Source of the DNA: Lama glama
Taxonomy: Eukaryota
Direction of reading: 5' to 3'
DNA: 64,000 nucleotides
Assembly (NCBI GenBank): GCA_028534125.1
Contig: CM052817.1
Location: forward strand, 25,980,001 to 26,044,000
The notes under the pieces were generated by a model. It did not search any database. It was not told where the DNA came from and saw only the letters and a list, made by a program, of their open reading frames with translations. Position numbers and translations under genes: made by a program. Of this stretch, positions 27,178 through 40,198 are shown one piece after another. Numbering within the stretch: the stretch's first letter is position 1; the number at the start of each line of letters is the position of its first letter.

Positions 27178-28150
27178 GTAATTGAAATTTTGAGATAATT
27201 ACAATGTCCCAATTCCTTCATTGTGCATTATTTTTAGATTAACCAAGCCCTTGAAAATATTTTTAAACAGCTTGTTAAATTTAGCTAAAAATCATTAGAA
27301 AGAAGTAATAACAGATATAGACTGAACAGGTAAGTAGGTGAAATTGTTGGAATTCTTTTCTTTTCTCTGTGCCTTCTGACAGTTTTTCTTAACCTTCCTA
27401 GGGCTTAGCCATCCTATACATCCATCTCCCATTTTCCATCCAGCAACAACTTTCTTTAGAGAGCAAAGATTATCACCTTGCTGCTAGTCTATGAGACTTT
27501 GATAAGTTTTTTAAATAAATTTTTTTATTGTTGCTAGATGTTATCATCTAACTTACTGCTTCTTCTAGTCATTGTACAAATGATCTATGGATAGCTTGCT
27601 TTAATTTAAAAGAATGATGAGAGAATTTCATGTGGAGTAAACTGTTTTGAGAAATATTTTACCTGACAACTTCTAGATCACAGGTGGGTGGAATTCAAGG
27701 GGAACCTGAGGATACATAGTCTTCCCTCTAAATTTCAGTTTCTTTCCATTTAATACCTATCAAAATCTGGAATGCAGAGCAGAAATTACACTTGTGGGAT
27801 CTCTCCTTACTCATATTACCCAATGGGGAATGAGATGTTCAAAACGTCCTCATTTTTTAAATTTGGATGGTGTTCTTTGTGCCTTTGCATAAGGTAGACA
27901 TGAGAATAGTTAGATATTCCCTGTATGTGTGTCTCTGTTAGACACAATTATGGGTGTTTTCTACAGTGGTTTAAGCAAACCTAAATTTGATTCTCTGTTA
28001 TTACTCCTATGGCAGAAATTAAAGGGTTAATCCAGGATTATGCTGAAAAAATTCTTAACTAGAAATTGTAATAGAGGAAGGTAACATCAAAGCTGTGTGA
28101 TTATTTGATAACGTATTTGTTAATGCATAATTATATTTGGTTTTCCTCAG

Positions 28151-28244
28151 ATTAAGACTACCTCCATGGCTAAAGACAGAGATTCCCATGGGGAAAAATT
28201 ACAATAAACTGAAAAATACATTGCGAAACTTAAATCTCCATACA
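28151..28244 (+). CDS. LIAS: LIAS exon 3
   Basis: [35 protein letters not shown]. Confidence 0.95.
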
Positions 28245-28830
28245 GTAAGTTGTCAAAGGGTTAAATATCCCTCTACTAAGAGCCATAATGTTACCATATA
28301 TGTAACTTAAAAATTAGTAAAATATGTACCTATAACAGCAAGGAAACTAAACAAAGATATTTAGTAATATGTTATTCTCAGTAATGGAAATACATTTTAA
28401 AATTATTTTCCCTGTGAAAGAAACAATTAATTGTATTTCTTAACCTCTCACCAATAGTACAAAAAAAATTTTTTTTCTGCTGCTTATGGAATGGGTTTTG
28501 TTTGTTTGTTTTATATCACAAATTAAGTGCATTTCCCACAAATTTGTGGGGAAAAGTATATTAAATGTGAAACATCATATACACAATCTCAAATGTTTAA
28601 CTGTTAAATCACTTGAACAGTTCAATATATACCCTTGCAGACCTTTTTCTTTGCGCATGTAAAATAGATACAATCATATAGTTTTTAATTTAAGCATGGA
28701 ATCCTAACACCTATATAGTTTCGCAGTTTAATGGCATTTTTGAATAGTGAATTTCTTCATATATATGCTGTAAAGAATGTAAATACCTGATCACTAATTT
28801 GCTCAATTGTTGAATATTTTTTCAACCTGA

Positions 28831-29052
<222 letters not shown>

Positions 29053-29249
29053 TGAGTTTATAAGAAATGTGGAAAAAAATCTGACAGAATAATCCAGCCT
29101 GTTACGATTGCACCCTTCTCTGCATACGTCTATTGTGATTCTTCCCTCTACCTGATAGTTAATCGTATGCTGCCTTGAGATCGCCATTCTATTAATTTTT
29201 GGAAATAGTGTTCATGATTGCTTAAATTGTTATTCATGTTGCCCCCAAA

Positions 29250-29655
29250 TAACAAGTGTTTATTTCTCTCTCTCATGGGTCTTTCAGTTGACCTGTGTTC
29301 AGTAGATCTTGACTGGGCTAAATTGGACTCCAGGAAGTAGGTTGGGTTCAGATCTACTCTACAGAGCTTTCTCTCATTGTTCCAGCAGCTCTCCAAGGCA
29401 TATTCTTAACATGGGAAATGGAAGGAGCACAAGAGAGCAAGCCAACCATCTAAAGCACTTTTGAGGCTTCTGCTTGGTCATGTCTACTATCATTCTGTTG
29501 GCCAAATTAAGCCACATGGCCAAGCCAGACATCAATGGGGGTAGAAGCATAAGTTCCCCAACCAGTAGGCGGGCCCTGCAAGTTACATGGAAAAGGGTGA
29601 GATGTAATCTTAATATGGTGGAGTAAGAAGTGGGATTAGCCATTCAGTCTACCAT
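29250..29655. mobile_element. ERVL-MaLR (MLT1-like) LTR fragment
   Basis: GAGCACAAGAGAGCAAGCC...TTGGCCAAA..AGCCACATGGC.AAGCC motifs; boundaries approximate. Confidence 0.6.
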
Positions 29656-30017
29656 ATTTACTTACCCATAGGGGTTTGGAGATTGAGGTAGTGGGTTAAA
29701 TCTAAATTATGTGCAACTCAAAGTTCCTGCTTGCCTGGGAATATCTGATAAGCTGTTGAGTTGTACCAGCAGGAGACTATTTACATGAAGAACTGAGGAT
29801 TGAGGATTCTTATGAGATAGAGCTCCTTCTGGAATAATACAGAGCTGGCCATAGAGCTTATCCAAGTTATACAATGTCAATTCTTGAAGAAAGGAGTGGT
29901 TCTGAATACTCCGTGAAGGGACTGTCTGGTTTCATCCCTTGCCCTGTCCCCTTCCCCACTGTTGACTCATTACTGGTTCCTGAGAAGACTTCATTGTTTC
30001 AGTAAAATTCTGTGAGA

Positions 30018-30060
30018 CATTGGCCCTAATTACCCTTGGCGCATTGGCCCTAATAACCCT
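30018..30060 (+). repeat. Short tandem duplication, 24-bp period
   Basis: CATTGGCCCTAATTACCCT (30018-30036) and CATTGGCCCTAATAACCCT (30042-30060). Confidence 0.85.
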
Positions 30061-30774
30061 CTGAGAGAGTTAAACATAAAGGGGAAGAATTGCTTTCTCC
30101 TCAGTCACAACCCCTCCTGTGGAGCTTTGAAACTCCATTGGCCCCAGAACATATGCAGTGGCTGTACTTGGCCAGGGGCAGAGCATCGTAGTGACCTGTG
30201 GTGGCAGAAGCGGTGTCTGGAGAAACAGCAGTACGCATAGGAAACAGATTATAAAGTTTTTATGTGTTTTCTATTTCATCTTTAACATCTGGAGCTGTGC
30301 CTTCTGTTTAATTTTCACAGGCATCTGCATGTTGGTGTGTTAATTGAATATTTTATTCCTTTTAAAATCATTTTTGTTAGTATTAAATAGATACAAAAGA
30401 ATCTTTATAGCTTATTAGTTTATGTGTAAGTTATAAAGATTACCAGTACAACAGACACTGACACTCACCTCCAGTTTGAGAGTAGAACATTGGTCTTATC
30501 TTTGAACCCCTCTGTGCATCCCTTCCCAATCGCTTCCCCTTTTGAAAAAGGGAAAATCCTTAATGCTGCTTTTAATTCTGAGCTTATCATTTCCTTTTCT
30601 TTCTGGTTTTACCATATATGTTTGTATTTCTCAACTATATTGTTTAGCCTTGAATGTTTCAAATTTCTTACAAACAGAATCAGATTGTTCATTAATTGCA
30701 ACTTTATTCTCTCAACATTACATTCTTCAGGGTCATCTGCTTATTTGATTTAAATTGTAACATCTCTGTTCTAG

Positions 30775-30933
<159 letters not shown>

Positions 30934-30983
30934 TAGTGTGTCATCATTGCCTCTTCCAGAAATTGGCTCTTACTAAGTTGTGA

Positions 30984-31100
<117 letters not shown>

Positions 31101-32507
31101 TAATTTGAGGACTTTTTCTGACTCATAAATTCATTTTATTTAAGGTCTTTACCTTAAAGCAGTGGTTATTAACCTTTTGGGGGGTTATAAACCCTTCTGA
31201 TAATCTGCTGGAAATTATGTAGCCTCTTCTCCAGAAAAAATATATTGAAACATACAGGTCCGTATTTGCAGAAATTTTAGGGATACAGAAGCACAAACTT
31301 ACTCATGGACCTTTAGTGCACAGAACTCCTCCTTCATATTTGAGTATCAATCTAAACTTTGAGTAATTTTATAAGAAGGGTAAAACTGCAATCTTTCTAG
31401 CACTGATTTTAAATAAATAATTATCTAGAAGTAGTTAGGATAGGATAAGCTCGCGTTGTTAGAATATGTAATCTCGATATACATGTTATCAACATTGGTA
31501 GGCCCTGGGAATTTTACCCATAACCCACATTTTATTAATATTTAATCCCATCTATTTAAAAAGCATTAAAAAAGGCATTTATGTTCATTTCCTACAGCTT
31601 ATTACTAGTCTAGCACCTAGCACACTCAGTAAATGTGTTTTTCAGTGACTCTCCAATATTTTCTATGTTTTTAATAGTTCATCTTAAAAAATTTTGTTTC
31701 CAACCCCCTAGATTGATTTCACAAACTACTAATGGGTCTCAACTTGTAGTTAAGAAAACAGTGAGTTATAGGGTGTGTATGTGGTCCTTTATACATTTGT
31801 TCTCTCATGTTCTTTCATGAAACAGCTCCCCAAAAAAACTTGGCAATTGGGTTTGTGAAAAAATTTGTCAGCTGTCCTGGTCATTTCTACTGCTTGTCAA
31901 AGGGAACAGCTCTATGACCCAGTTCATATTTTAATGCTTGAATGCATAGATATATAGCCAGAATATAAATAGGAAGATTAATGTTTAGCTTGTATTTCAT
32001 TTAAGCAAAGCTGATGACTCAGCAACTCAGAAAGTAGTTTTTAAAGACCATAGCACTTGTGAAATACTTGCCTAGAGGAAGGGAGGAGGGCACTATTTGA
32101 ATTTTAAAATAAATCAAAGTTAAAGCAATCAGCATTCATATCCACATAAGAAATATCCCAATTTACTTTCTAAAAAAAATTATTTTATATTTAATGTTTT
32201 AATATTTATATTTTAATTTCTTTAATTTTATTTTTTAATACCTGCTTAATAAAGTTTAAAAGTATATGATCCCAAAATTTATTCTGATCATTATTTTCAT
32301 GCAGATGTATTTTAACCACAATGTACATATTATTTGATGTTCTAGGTTTCTTTGTTTTAATTCCATTTAACAGTTCATATGTAAACATTTGTATGTTCAT
32401 GCTGTTCTTGGCAAGGTTCTAAAGCTTACTGTGTTGAAACTGATACTGAATGGGTACTGGTGATTTCTATTTTAAGCAAGTTACGTCAGTTCTTTTCCTC
32501 AGTGTGA

Positions 32508-32660
<153 letters not shown>

Positions 32661-34300
32661 TGATTCCATGTACAGAGTGGTGTTGGGAAGGGTCAGAATC
32701 TGCTGTATTTCCTCACTTTTTTCAGGGGAGAACTTTGTAATTGACTTCTATAAAGTGAACTTTCTTTTTTAAACAAAAACAGTGTGTATCTGTTAAAGAA
32801 AAATCAGAAAATGTAGCCAACCTAAAAAAGTGTGTAAATATCACCCATAATATTTCTACCCAGTAATATCAATCACTAACATCTAAGTGTATATATACTT
32901 ACATATTTATATGTGTGTATGTACTTAGGTACACATATATAGTGAGCATCTTTTTTTTCTTTCTTTTTTTAAGTATCATAATGCAAATGCCAATGCAAAT
33001 TTGCAAATGCAAATTTTTTACAAAGAACAGTTTTCAAAAAGGAAGAATTATGCAAGAGCAATTGCTTTGATTTTAGTTCTTAAAAAAAACTTTAAAAAAT
33101 GCATTTAGCACTAATATATGCAATAATCGATGCTGAAGAAAAACATGTAGATGTATTTTCAATCTCTTTTAAAAAGTAAATACTATGCTTTCTTACTCTT
33201 CCTAATAATTTTAAAGGTTAGGAATAATTACAGATTGTTATTCCACATCAATGACTATATTCATATTTCAGAAAAATGAAAATTTTCAGGCAAGATTAAT
33301 ACATTTATTTTCATTATTTTAATAAAGCATTTGGTGGTGATTTTATGAGGTTCTACACATTATTCTGTGTCATAGAAAGAAGTATGATAAACAATAACCA
33401 GCATTTCCACCAAATCATAAGTAAACATTAGGGAGCATAACAAATTCAGTGCAGAAATACTTTAAAAAAGTAGTTACTTTCCTATCAGTTTTGTGGTTAT
33501 TTTTAAATTCATAAATTTGTTTCCTCTCTTCCCTGTGAACTGATCCCTGATTAAGAATGACAACCATAGCAACAAATCAATTACACAAAATAAAGGTGTG
33601 TTAGAATTCAAATGAATGCTGGTTTAAACACCTCATCGACTCTGCCCTTTGGGCATTGTTGCCATTTAAACCTTGATGGTTTGGCCCCTGTTGAAGTCTA
33701 GCACACAGCCTGTTCCAACCCTATCACTTCTCATGATACCACCATAAGTGGATGCCAGGTTCTCTGGTTTCATTTAAGAAACACTATCCTTTCCAGTGAA
33801 AATTCCAGAATCGTGCATATTTACCTAAGTGATGTCGATGTTGTATACACACCAGCAGAGGGCAGCTTAGTCTTTAGAAAAGAAATGAACATGAAAGTTG
33901 CAGTTGTCTGAAATGTAGGTTCAGGTTCAACAGCTTTTTCTTTGTTCAGTACTGAGATTTTCTTCCACTTTTTTCCCCTTCTCTCTTGACTGCTGCTTGT
34001 AATCACTTACTCTCAGCTTCAGAACTCTGGTTTCTCAATGAGGAATTTATAACCTGAATTACTTTCATTCTAGTTTTCTCTGCTCCAGGCTTTAAGTCTT
34101 TAAAGCCAACAGAGGTGGGGGCCCAGTGAAGCCTTATTTTCTTTCCTAAAGTAACAGTTGGTCATTTGTGCACAAATGAACCATATGATATAACATAATG
34201 TCTAGAATGTACTTTTCTGGTCTTACAGGTTGTTTGCATAATTACGTACTTAGTTGAGCTTGTGGTTATTTTTGCTGACAACAGCCCTGCTGTTTTCAAG

Positions 34301-34446
34301 GAAAGTTCGTGATCCCCGGGCCAGTTTCGACCAGTCCCTACGTGTACTGAAACACGCCAAGGAGGTTCGGCCTGATGTAATTTCTAAAACGTCTATAATG
34401 TTGGGTTTAGGTGAGAAGGATGAGCAAGTATATGCAACAATGGAAG
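34301..34446 (+). CDS. LIAS: LIAS exon 8
   Basis: [20 protein letters not shown]...[11 protein letters not shown], 146 bp. Confidence 0.96.
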
Positions 34447-35071
34447 GTAAAGACATTTAAAAATGAAAACTTTTCCACGTAATTTGAGTAATAGTAGAAA
34501 TCCCATTTTAAAGGACCTGTTATGCTTCCTCCATAGTCTCAGTGAAAGTACTGTAAGAACGAAGTACACAGTGTGTAGTTATAAACCGCAGCATAAAAAG
34601 GGAAGGAAGTATGTTTTCTTAGAACTTGATGGACTGATGTGCAGGAAGATCAGGATATGAACTTTGCATCCCATTTTATTCCCTACCCTTTTATCAAGTA
34701 AAAACATGATTTGTTCACTTTTCTTATTTGGTCATCAGACAGCTTTTGAGCACTAGCCAGGTACCAGGAGCTCTGACGAGCACTGACAGTTCACAGACTA
34801 GAAGGTTCCAGGTTCCAGGACTTTGAGGGAGAGCCTGCTACTGCACAGTCACGTGATGTGCTTTGGACTTTGCTGATCCTTAGTCCATTAAGTCCACTTA
34901 CTTTGTTATTCTTGAGCTTCTTAAATTTTAAAATATGAAAACTTATTTTACCTGAAGGTCCTTGGCCAACCTGTGGTTATTTATTGGTTCAAGAGTAATA
35001 AGTTCAAATAGTAATTAAAAGCTGCTCTTTACAACAGTGCATGCAGGTAGCTCTGTGAAAACACCTGCTAA

Positions 35072-35179
<108 letters not shown>

Positions 35180-35862
35180 TGAATTACCAAATGTTCATTG
35201 GTAATTTGAATTAAATCTTTATTTTCATAGCTAAAATTAAGAGCTGCTGACTTTTTAGTATAGCGTTCCATGTATCTTTCCAAGTTCCAGTTTGCATTTT
35301 ATTATCTGCATAAAGCAGCTACACTGGCACTTACTTCCCCCAAAATTGTATGACTTAAATAAACATACCGAAAAAAAGTTTTTTTAAGTTGGGAAATTGC
35401 ATTCATTCACACTTGGTGACCTTGTGATTTGTTTTAGAGTTATATGAGAGCCAGAGGTGAAGTAAGAAAGAAAAGTCAGTCTTCCTATCTCTATATTGGA
35501 CATTTATTCATTCATTCAAGAAACTCTTCTTAAGTAGTGACCATGTACCAGACACAGTGCTAAGCAGAAGATCACAAGATGAGTAACAGTCTTGTCCTCC
35601 AGAATCTTACAAGCGTGACTAATTCTTAATTATACCTGTTAGTCGATAAAGGAATGATACAGATGTAATCTCTACGGATAATCTCATTTTCCTTTTCTGT
35701 CTTTTGGAATAGCTAATATAGTACAGAATTGATATGTTTCCCCTCCTTGCTAATTCACTGTAATTACGTTCTGGCAGAGTGGCCAACAAGTAGATTTTCT
35801 ATAGAACCAAGGTGATTTAGGAAAATTCTGGAATCTTATCAGAACCAAATCTTCAAATCTAG

Positions 35863-35994
<132 letters not shown>

Positions 35995-36959
35995 TGATTT
36001 TATTTAGACCATAGTTTTAAACATTAAAATTAGAATAGCTGTGACTGCCTTTTGTGGTAGGAAAAAAGGCTTTTTCTGGAGCATCCTTAAGAGCTTTGCA
36101 CCATAAGTGTCTATTTGACTGCATTGCTGCTTGCACCATTAATGTATTTGTGTTTTTCCTCCTAGAAGCAAAAGAAAAGAAATCATAAGATTATTTTCTC
36201 TATAGAAATGTTTAGTGTAATTTTATTAGCTACAATGCTATTTTTTACCTTTGTAATTTCAGCTCTTATTTTAATCAGTAGCTTGAGCTGACTTATGAAA
36301 ATAAAAGCCTTTTCCAAAAGATAAAAAGTCATATGATAATGCCACCAAAAGGTCTGTAAAAACATATCTGAAAGTTGAATTTAATCCAAAAAACATTTAT
36401 TGTGTTTCCCTTACTGATTGGACTTAATAATTATAATTGTTTGAAAAATAAACAGCTGGTTATTTTTGGTTATGTCTAAACTATGTTATTACTATTAATG
36501 ATCTTTTAAATGGCTGTGTTACATATTGAGGTCTAAATCATAGATATGTTTAATTAGACATAAATTCTATTTGTAAAAATTAATGTTTAAGTAGTAGTAA
36601 TATTCATTGTGTTCCCATAAAGAAATTGAAGACATTTTAATGTACTAACAACAGCTTATTCTAGTTATGAAATCCAAGAATTTGATTCAACACTGATTGA
36701 CAGGATGTGGGGACTTTGGAAACCAATAATTATAAGTGACTTATTCTTCTTCAAGCAGTGCTGCTGGCAAACTAAAAATGTATATAAAGGTTAGAACCAA
36801 CATCAGCTTCCATAATGGTTAAAGTAGAATAATATCATTTGAAAGGAGTTTTTAATTTTTGTTGGGTTTTTTACTGTTATTTCGTGTTGAGGGTTTTTTG
36901 GTTTGGTTTGGTTTTTGGTAAGGAGAATTTCTAACATTTATGAGGAAGAGAATTATGAA

Positions 36960-37676
36960 CTCTTTATTGCTTTTAAAATTACTAGTACAAGATCGAATTA
37001 TGGAATGTAGAGCCTTAGATTCAGATGATCTATTAAGATCTGATAATACAGTTCTACTCCTATCAGACGTCGGCGAGCTCAGTGTAGGGCAGCATGGGTT
37101 ACTCGCTCCATTACTTGGCTAGGTTATGAGCCTTGGGATTCTTGGTGATTGTGTACAGATACAATCATTGCAACTCTACTCATATATTAAGATGACAAAA
37201 AGTTCATCAAATTCCTCATAAGGTCAGTGCTGAGCTCTGCCAATAAACATTGAACCATGCTGTAACAGTGATAGACTAAATGGAACCCTATTGACCTGAA
37301 AAGTGATGAAAATGCCCCACCCAAGCAGCTAACTTACTGCACAGGCACATCTTACAGGATAGAGAAAAAGCAAGTCCATTATAAATGAAGAGTTCTTGCT
37401 TCCCTAGAGGGGAATAAGCTAAAGAGATTCCATCAGATGAATCTGCTCAGCTGCAATGAGGTCTGCGTTATAAACATCAGTCCAGGCTAATAATGTAGCA
37501 GAATTGCTCTCTGAAATGAATTCTGCCAACAGTAGTACTTTGTCAGTGATGAGGAATAGATAGTGCTCATAAAGTGGAATAAATGTACAGAAGCACCGCA
37601 TTGATACAATAGGGTCACCCTTTATAATATTGAGTTACTAGAAAGAATGATATTAGAAACTGTATAATAAAAAAAA
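36960..37676 (+). other. Candidate endogenous viral element: decayed Mononegavirales L-polymerase fragment
   Basis: Colinear frameshifted motifs LLLSDVGELS, LARL*ALGF, TVID*MEP, PTQAANLL, IINEEF, MRSAL..AELLSEMNSA with roughly L-like spacing; ends in AATAAA/A8; manual comparison to recalled sequences only. Confidence 0.5.
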
Positions 37677-37885
37677 TGTTTAAGAATAATGACTAATCAT
37701 TATGGTTGGGGAAAGGGTCAAAGATACAGGGGATGTATAAGGTTAGAAAATTATTGACATTGAGATTTGAGAAGAGAGAAACACCAGTAAATACGGAAGT
37801 CTTCTTTAAAGGGGAACACTGAAGTATAATTATTATGAATTGTACTTTAAATTGATAGTAATGTATTTTTATTTTTCTTGAATAG

Positions 37886-37901
37886 GTGAATTTTTCCTGA
37901 A
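37886..37901 (+). CDS. LIAS: LIAS exon 11 (partial; stop codon inside the assembly gap)
   Basis: aatag|GT GAA TTT TTC CTG AA = (G)EFFLK, then Ns. Confidence 0.9.
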
Positions 37902-38001
37902 NNNNNNNNNNNNNNNNNNNNNNNNNNNNNNNNNNNNNNNNNNNNNNNNNNNNNNNNNNNNNNNNNNNNNNNNNNNNNNNNNNNNNNNNNNNNNNNNNNN
38001 N
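37902..38001. other. Assembly gap (100 N)
   Basis: Run of exactly 100 N. Confidence 1.
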
Positions 38002-40157
38002 CACTTAACAAGATGTTCAAGATCACAGAAATTTTTAAAATGTGATTCCAGTTGGTAACAGAGATGATGGTAAAATGGCTAGACTTAGACATGTCCAGGT
38101 CTTTTTGTTTTAAGAAAAATGTCAATAAGCTATGCATGTTTAATTATTGTAATTCATCTATCTTTTAACGTATCTTCTTTGTCCCAATAAATAATTGCTT
38201 ATTATGATATAATCATAAACATCTTCGTAAGAGTCTGCCGTTAACAGTATAATTTTAAAAACACATTAAAAACTTCTAGAAAATCTTTTAAGCCTCTGTT
38301 ACCTATGCATCATTGTCACATTTCATTTCTGAAGTGACATACTGTGATGAGTCAATATAGATTGAGACTATGATCAGTTTGCTTATAATTCGCATATGTC
38401 CTTTGCGTAATAGTATAACATCATTGGAATAATTTAGAAAAGCTTAAGAGTTTCAGGGTTGATTCTTCGCATTGATATGACTAATTTAGACCTACAAAAT
38501 AATTTTATATTGATTCCTTGTTGAGAATCTCTGTGAAACCAGGACCATGATGTTGTCCAGGATGGGGAAATAAAACCTAAGAATAAAATATTAACTCTCA
38601 CTTTATAGTAGTTTACTACATCTCATGCACCACTCATTTTATTCCTCGTATCACTCTGGTGGAGGTGGTTGTATTCTGTGATGGTAATGACCTGAAGGAT
38701 GAATTTCTTTCCTAAGTACCAGAACTCAAATTCATCTTTTCACTCTGAATCCTTTTTTTGTCCTATATCTCACAAAGGAAGTATTTAGGTGGGAATGTTG
38801 TAAAATATGTAATGTGGGTAACCAGTTCTGTTTTGAATTTTTAAATATATAATTAATTTTTAAAATAAAATGTGTAACTGAAAATTAGCTATCTTTTAAT
38901 TTAACTCAGGAGAGCCATATATACTCTGACTCACTTTCCTTATAGATCCTAATAAATTTTACTGTGTAAAATTAACACCATCAACTTTAAATTTTAACAT
39001 CTCTAGCAACTACTCTTCTTAAAATTTATTATTTTACAGGAAAAGTGGATTACTTTTCAGACTGGTTTTGTAACATAATCTGATGTTTCCTCGTTTTCCA
39101 CAGTGTGGGCAAATGGTATTGAAATATTTTAGTAAAAGAATCATTTTGTCAAGCGGAATTTTCATGGAATCCCAATGTAAAATAATTTAAATGGCATTTT
39201 ATTAGGACAAATGTATGTTAAACATTCAGATTTGTAACAACTATACATAAAAATAATGAATGATACAATTAAGCTATTTTGATACAAATGTGAAATTGAG
39301 AGTCATGGATGACATTTGCCATCTTTGTCAGACCTCAGTGGTCTACTTATCCTTTTGTTTTTGATTACATAGTATTGAGAAAAGTTCTGACTGATGCAGC
39401 TAAGTATCAGTAAATTAGTAAATATTGGTAAATTTTTAAGAAATTAAAACATCTAGCAGTCTCAGGATACTCCCCAGTTAAATTTAATCCAAAAACCTGA
39501 AAGAGGCTTAGCAGGAAATATTCAAAGTGGAATCCAAAATAGTATCTCCAGAATTTGTTGTGCATCCATTCATTATTGCATAACTGACCATTATACCAAG
39601 ACTAGAATATGTGACCAGTTGCCTGGGTCTTGCTGGACCTTTGAATGTGGTGAACATGTGCTGTAGAGGTGTTGTCCCTTGCACTACTGCGTAAGAATGG
39701 ACAGGCTCGAATTTGAAAAGGCAAAGGTAGTGCTTCGACCTTCCTCAACAATGATGCATTAAGAAGTGCATTTAGATGCACAGACATGGCAGGAGGCCTA
39801 TACAAAATTTCTTGATTGGGCAGCACACGTTAATGCATCAGTGGTCTCCAATGTGTTCAAATTTGGCATGTGCCCATTTTAGTACATCTGATCGTTTTCT
39901 TTCTGTAGCACAAATGGCATTTTTAAGAAAGTGAAAGTGACAAATGTGCATGGTTTTTAAGAAATCGACTAGTACAGGGGTCCCTGTCCCCTCTCCAACC
40001 ACTGAATCAGCCAGCCCTGACACCCAGTTCCTATTTGGTGAATTAATATCTTTATTAATGAAACCAGTTTGAATAGGAGTTTCTCTTGCTTGAAGCCGAA
40101 AGCATCTTGATTTTTAGAGATAGTATCACTATTATTACATTAAGAAACATGAGCACC

Positions 40158-40198
40158 AGTGACCTTAGGCAAAAGAGTGACCTTAGGCAAAAGAGTGA
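40158..40198 (+). repeat. 18-bp perfect tandem duplication
   Basis: AGTGACCTTAGGCAAAAG x2 plus AGTGA. Confidence 0.9.

Noticed and set aside
37265..37290. GATAGACTAAATG resembling the group I intron R element
   Set aside because: No matching S element (AAGATATAGTC) or convincing P4/P6 core; the same bases are better explained by the L-like TVID*MEP motif
37160..37610. Recurring ATTG.AC words suggesting a CRISPR-like array
   Set aside because: No constant repeat or regular spacing; mammalian context with no cas genes
39600..39960. Compositionally distinct block between LIAS and UGDH
   Set aside because: The three + frames and the listed - ORFs show no recognisable motif series; left unassigned
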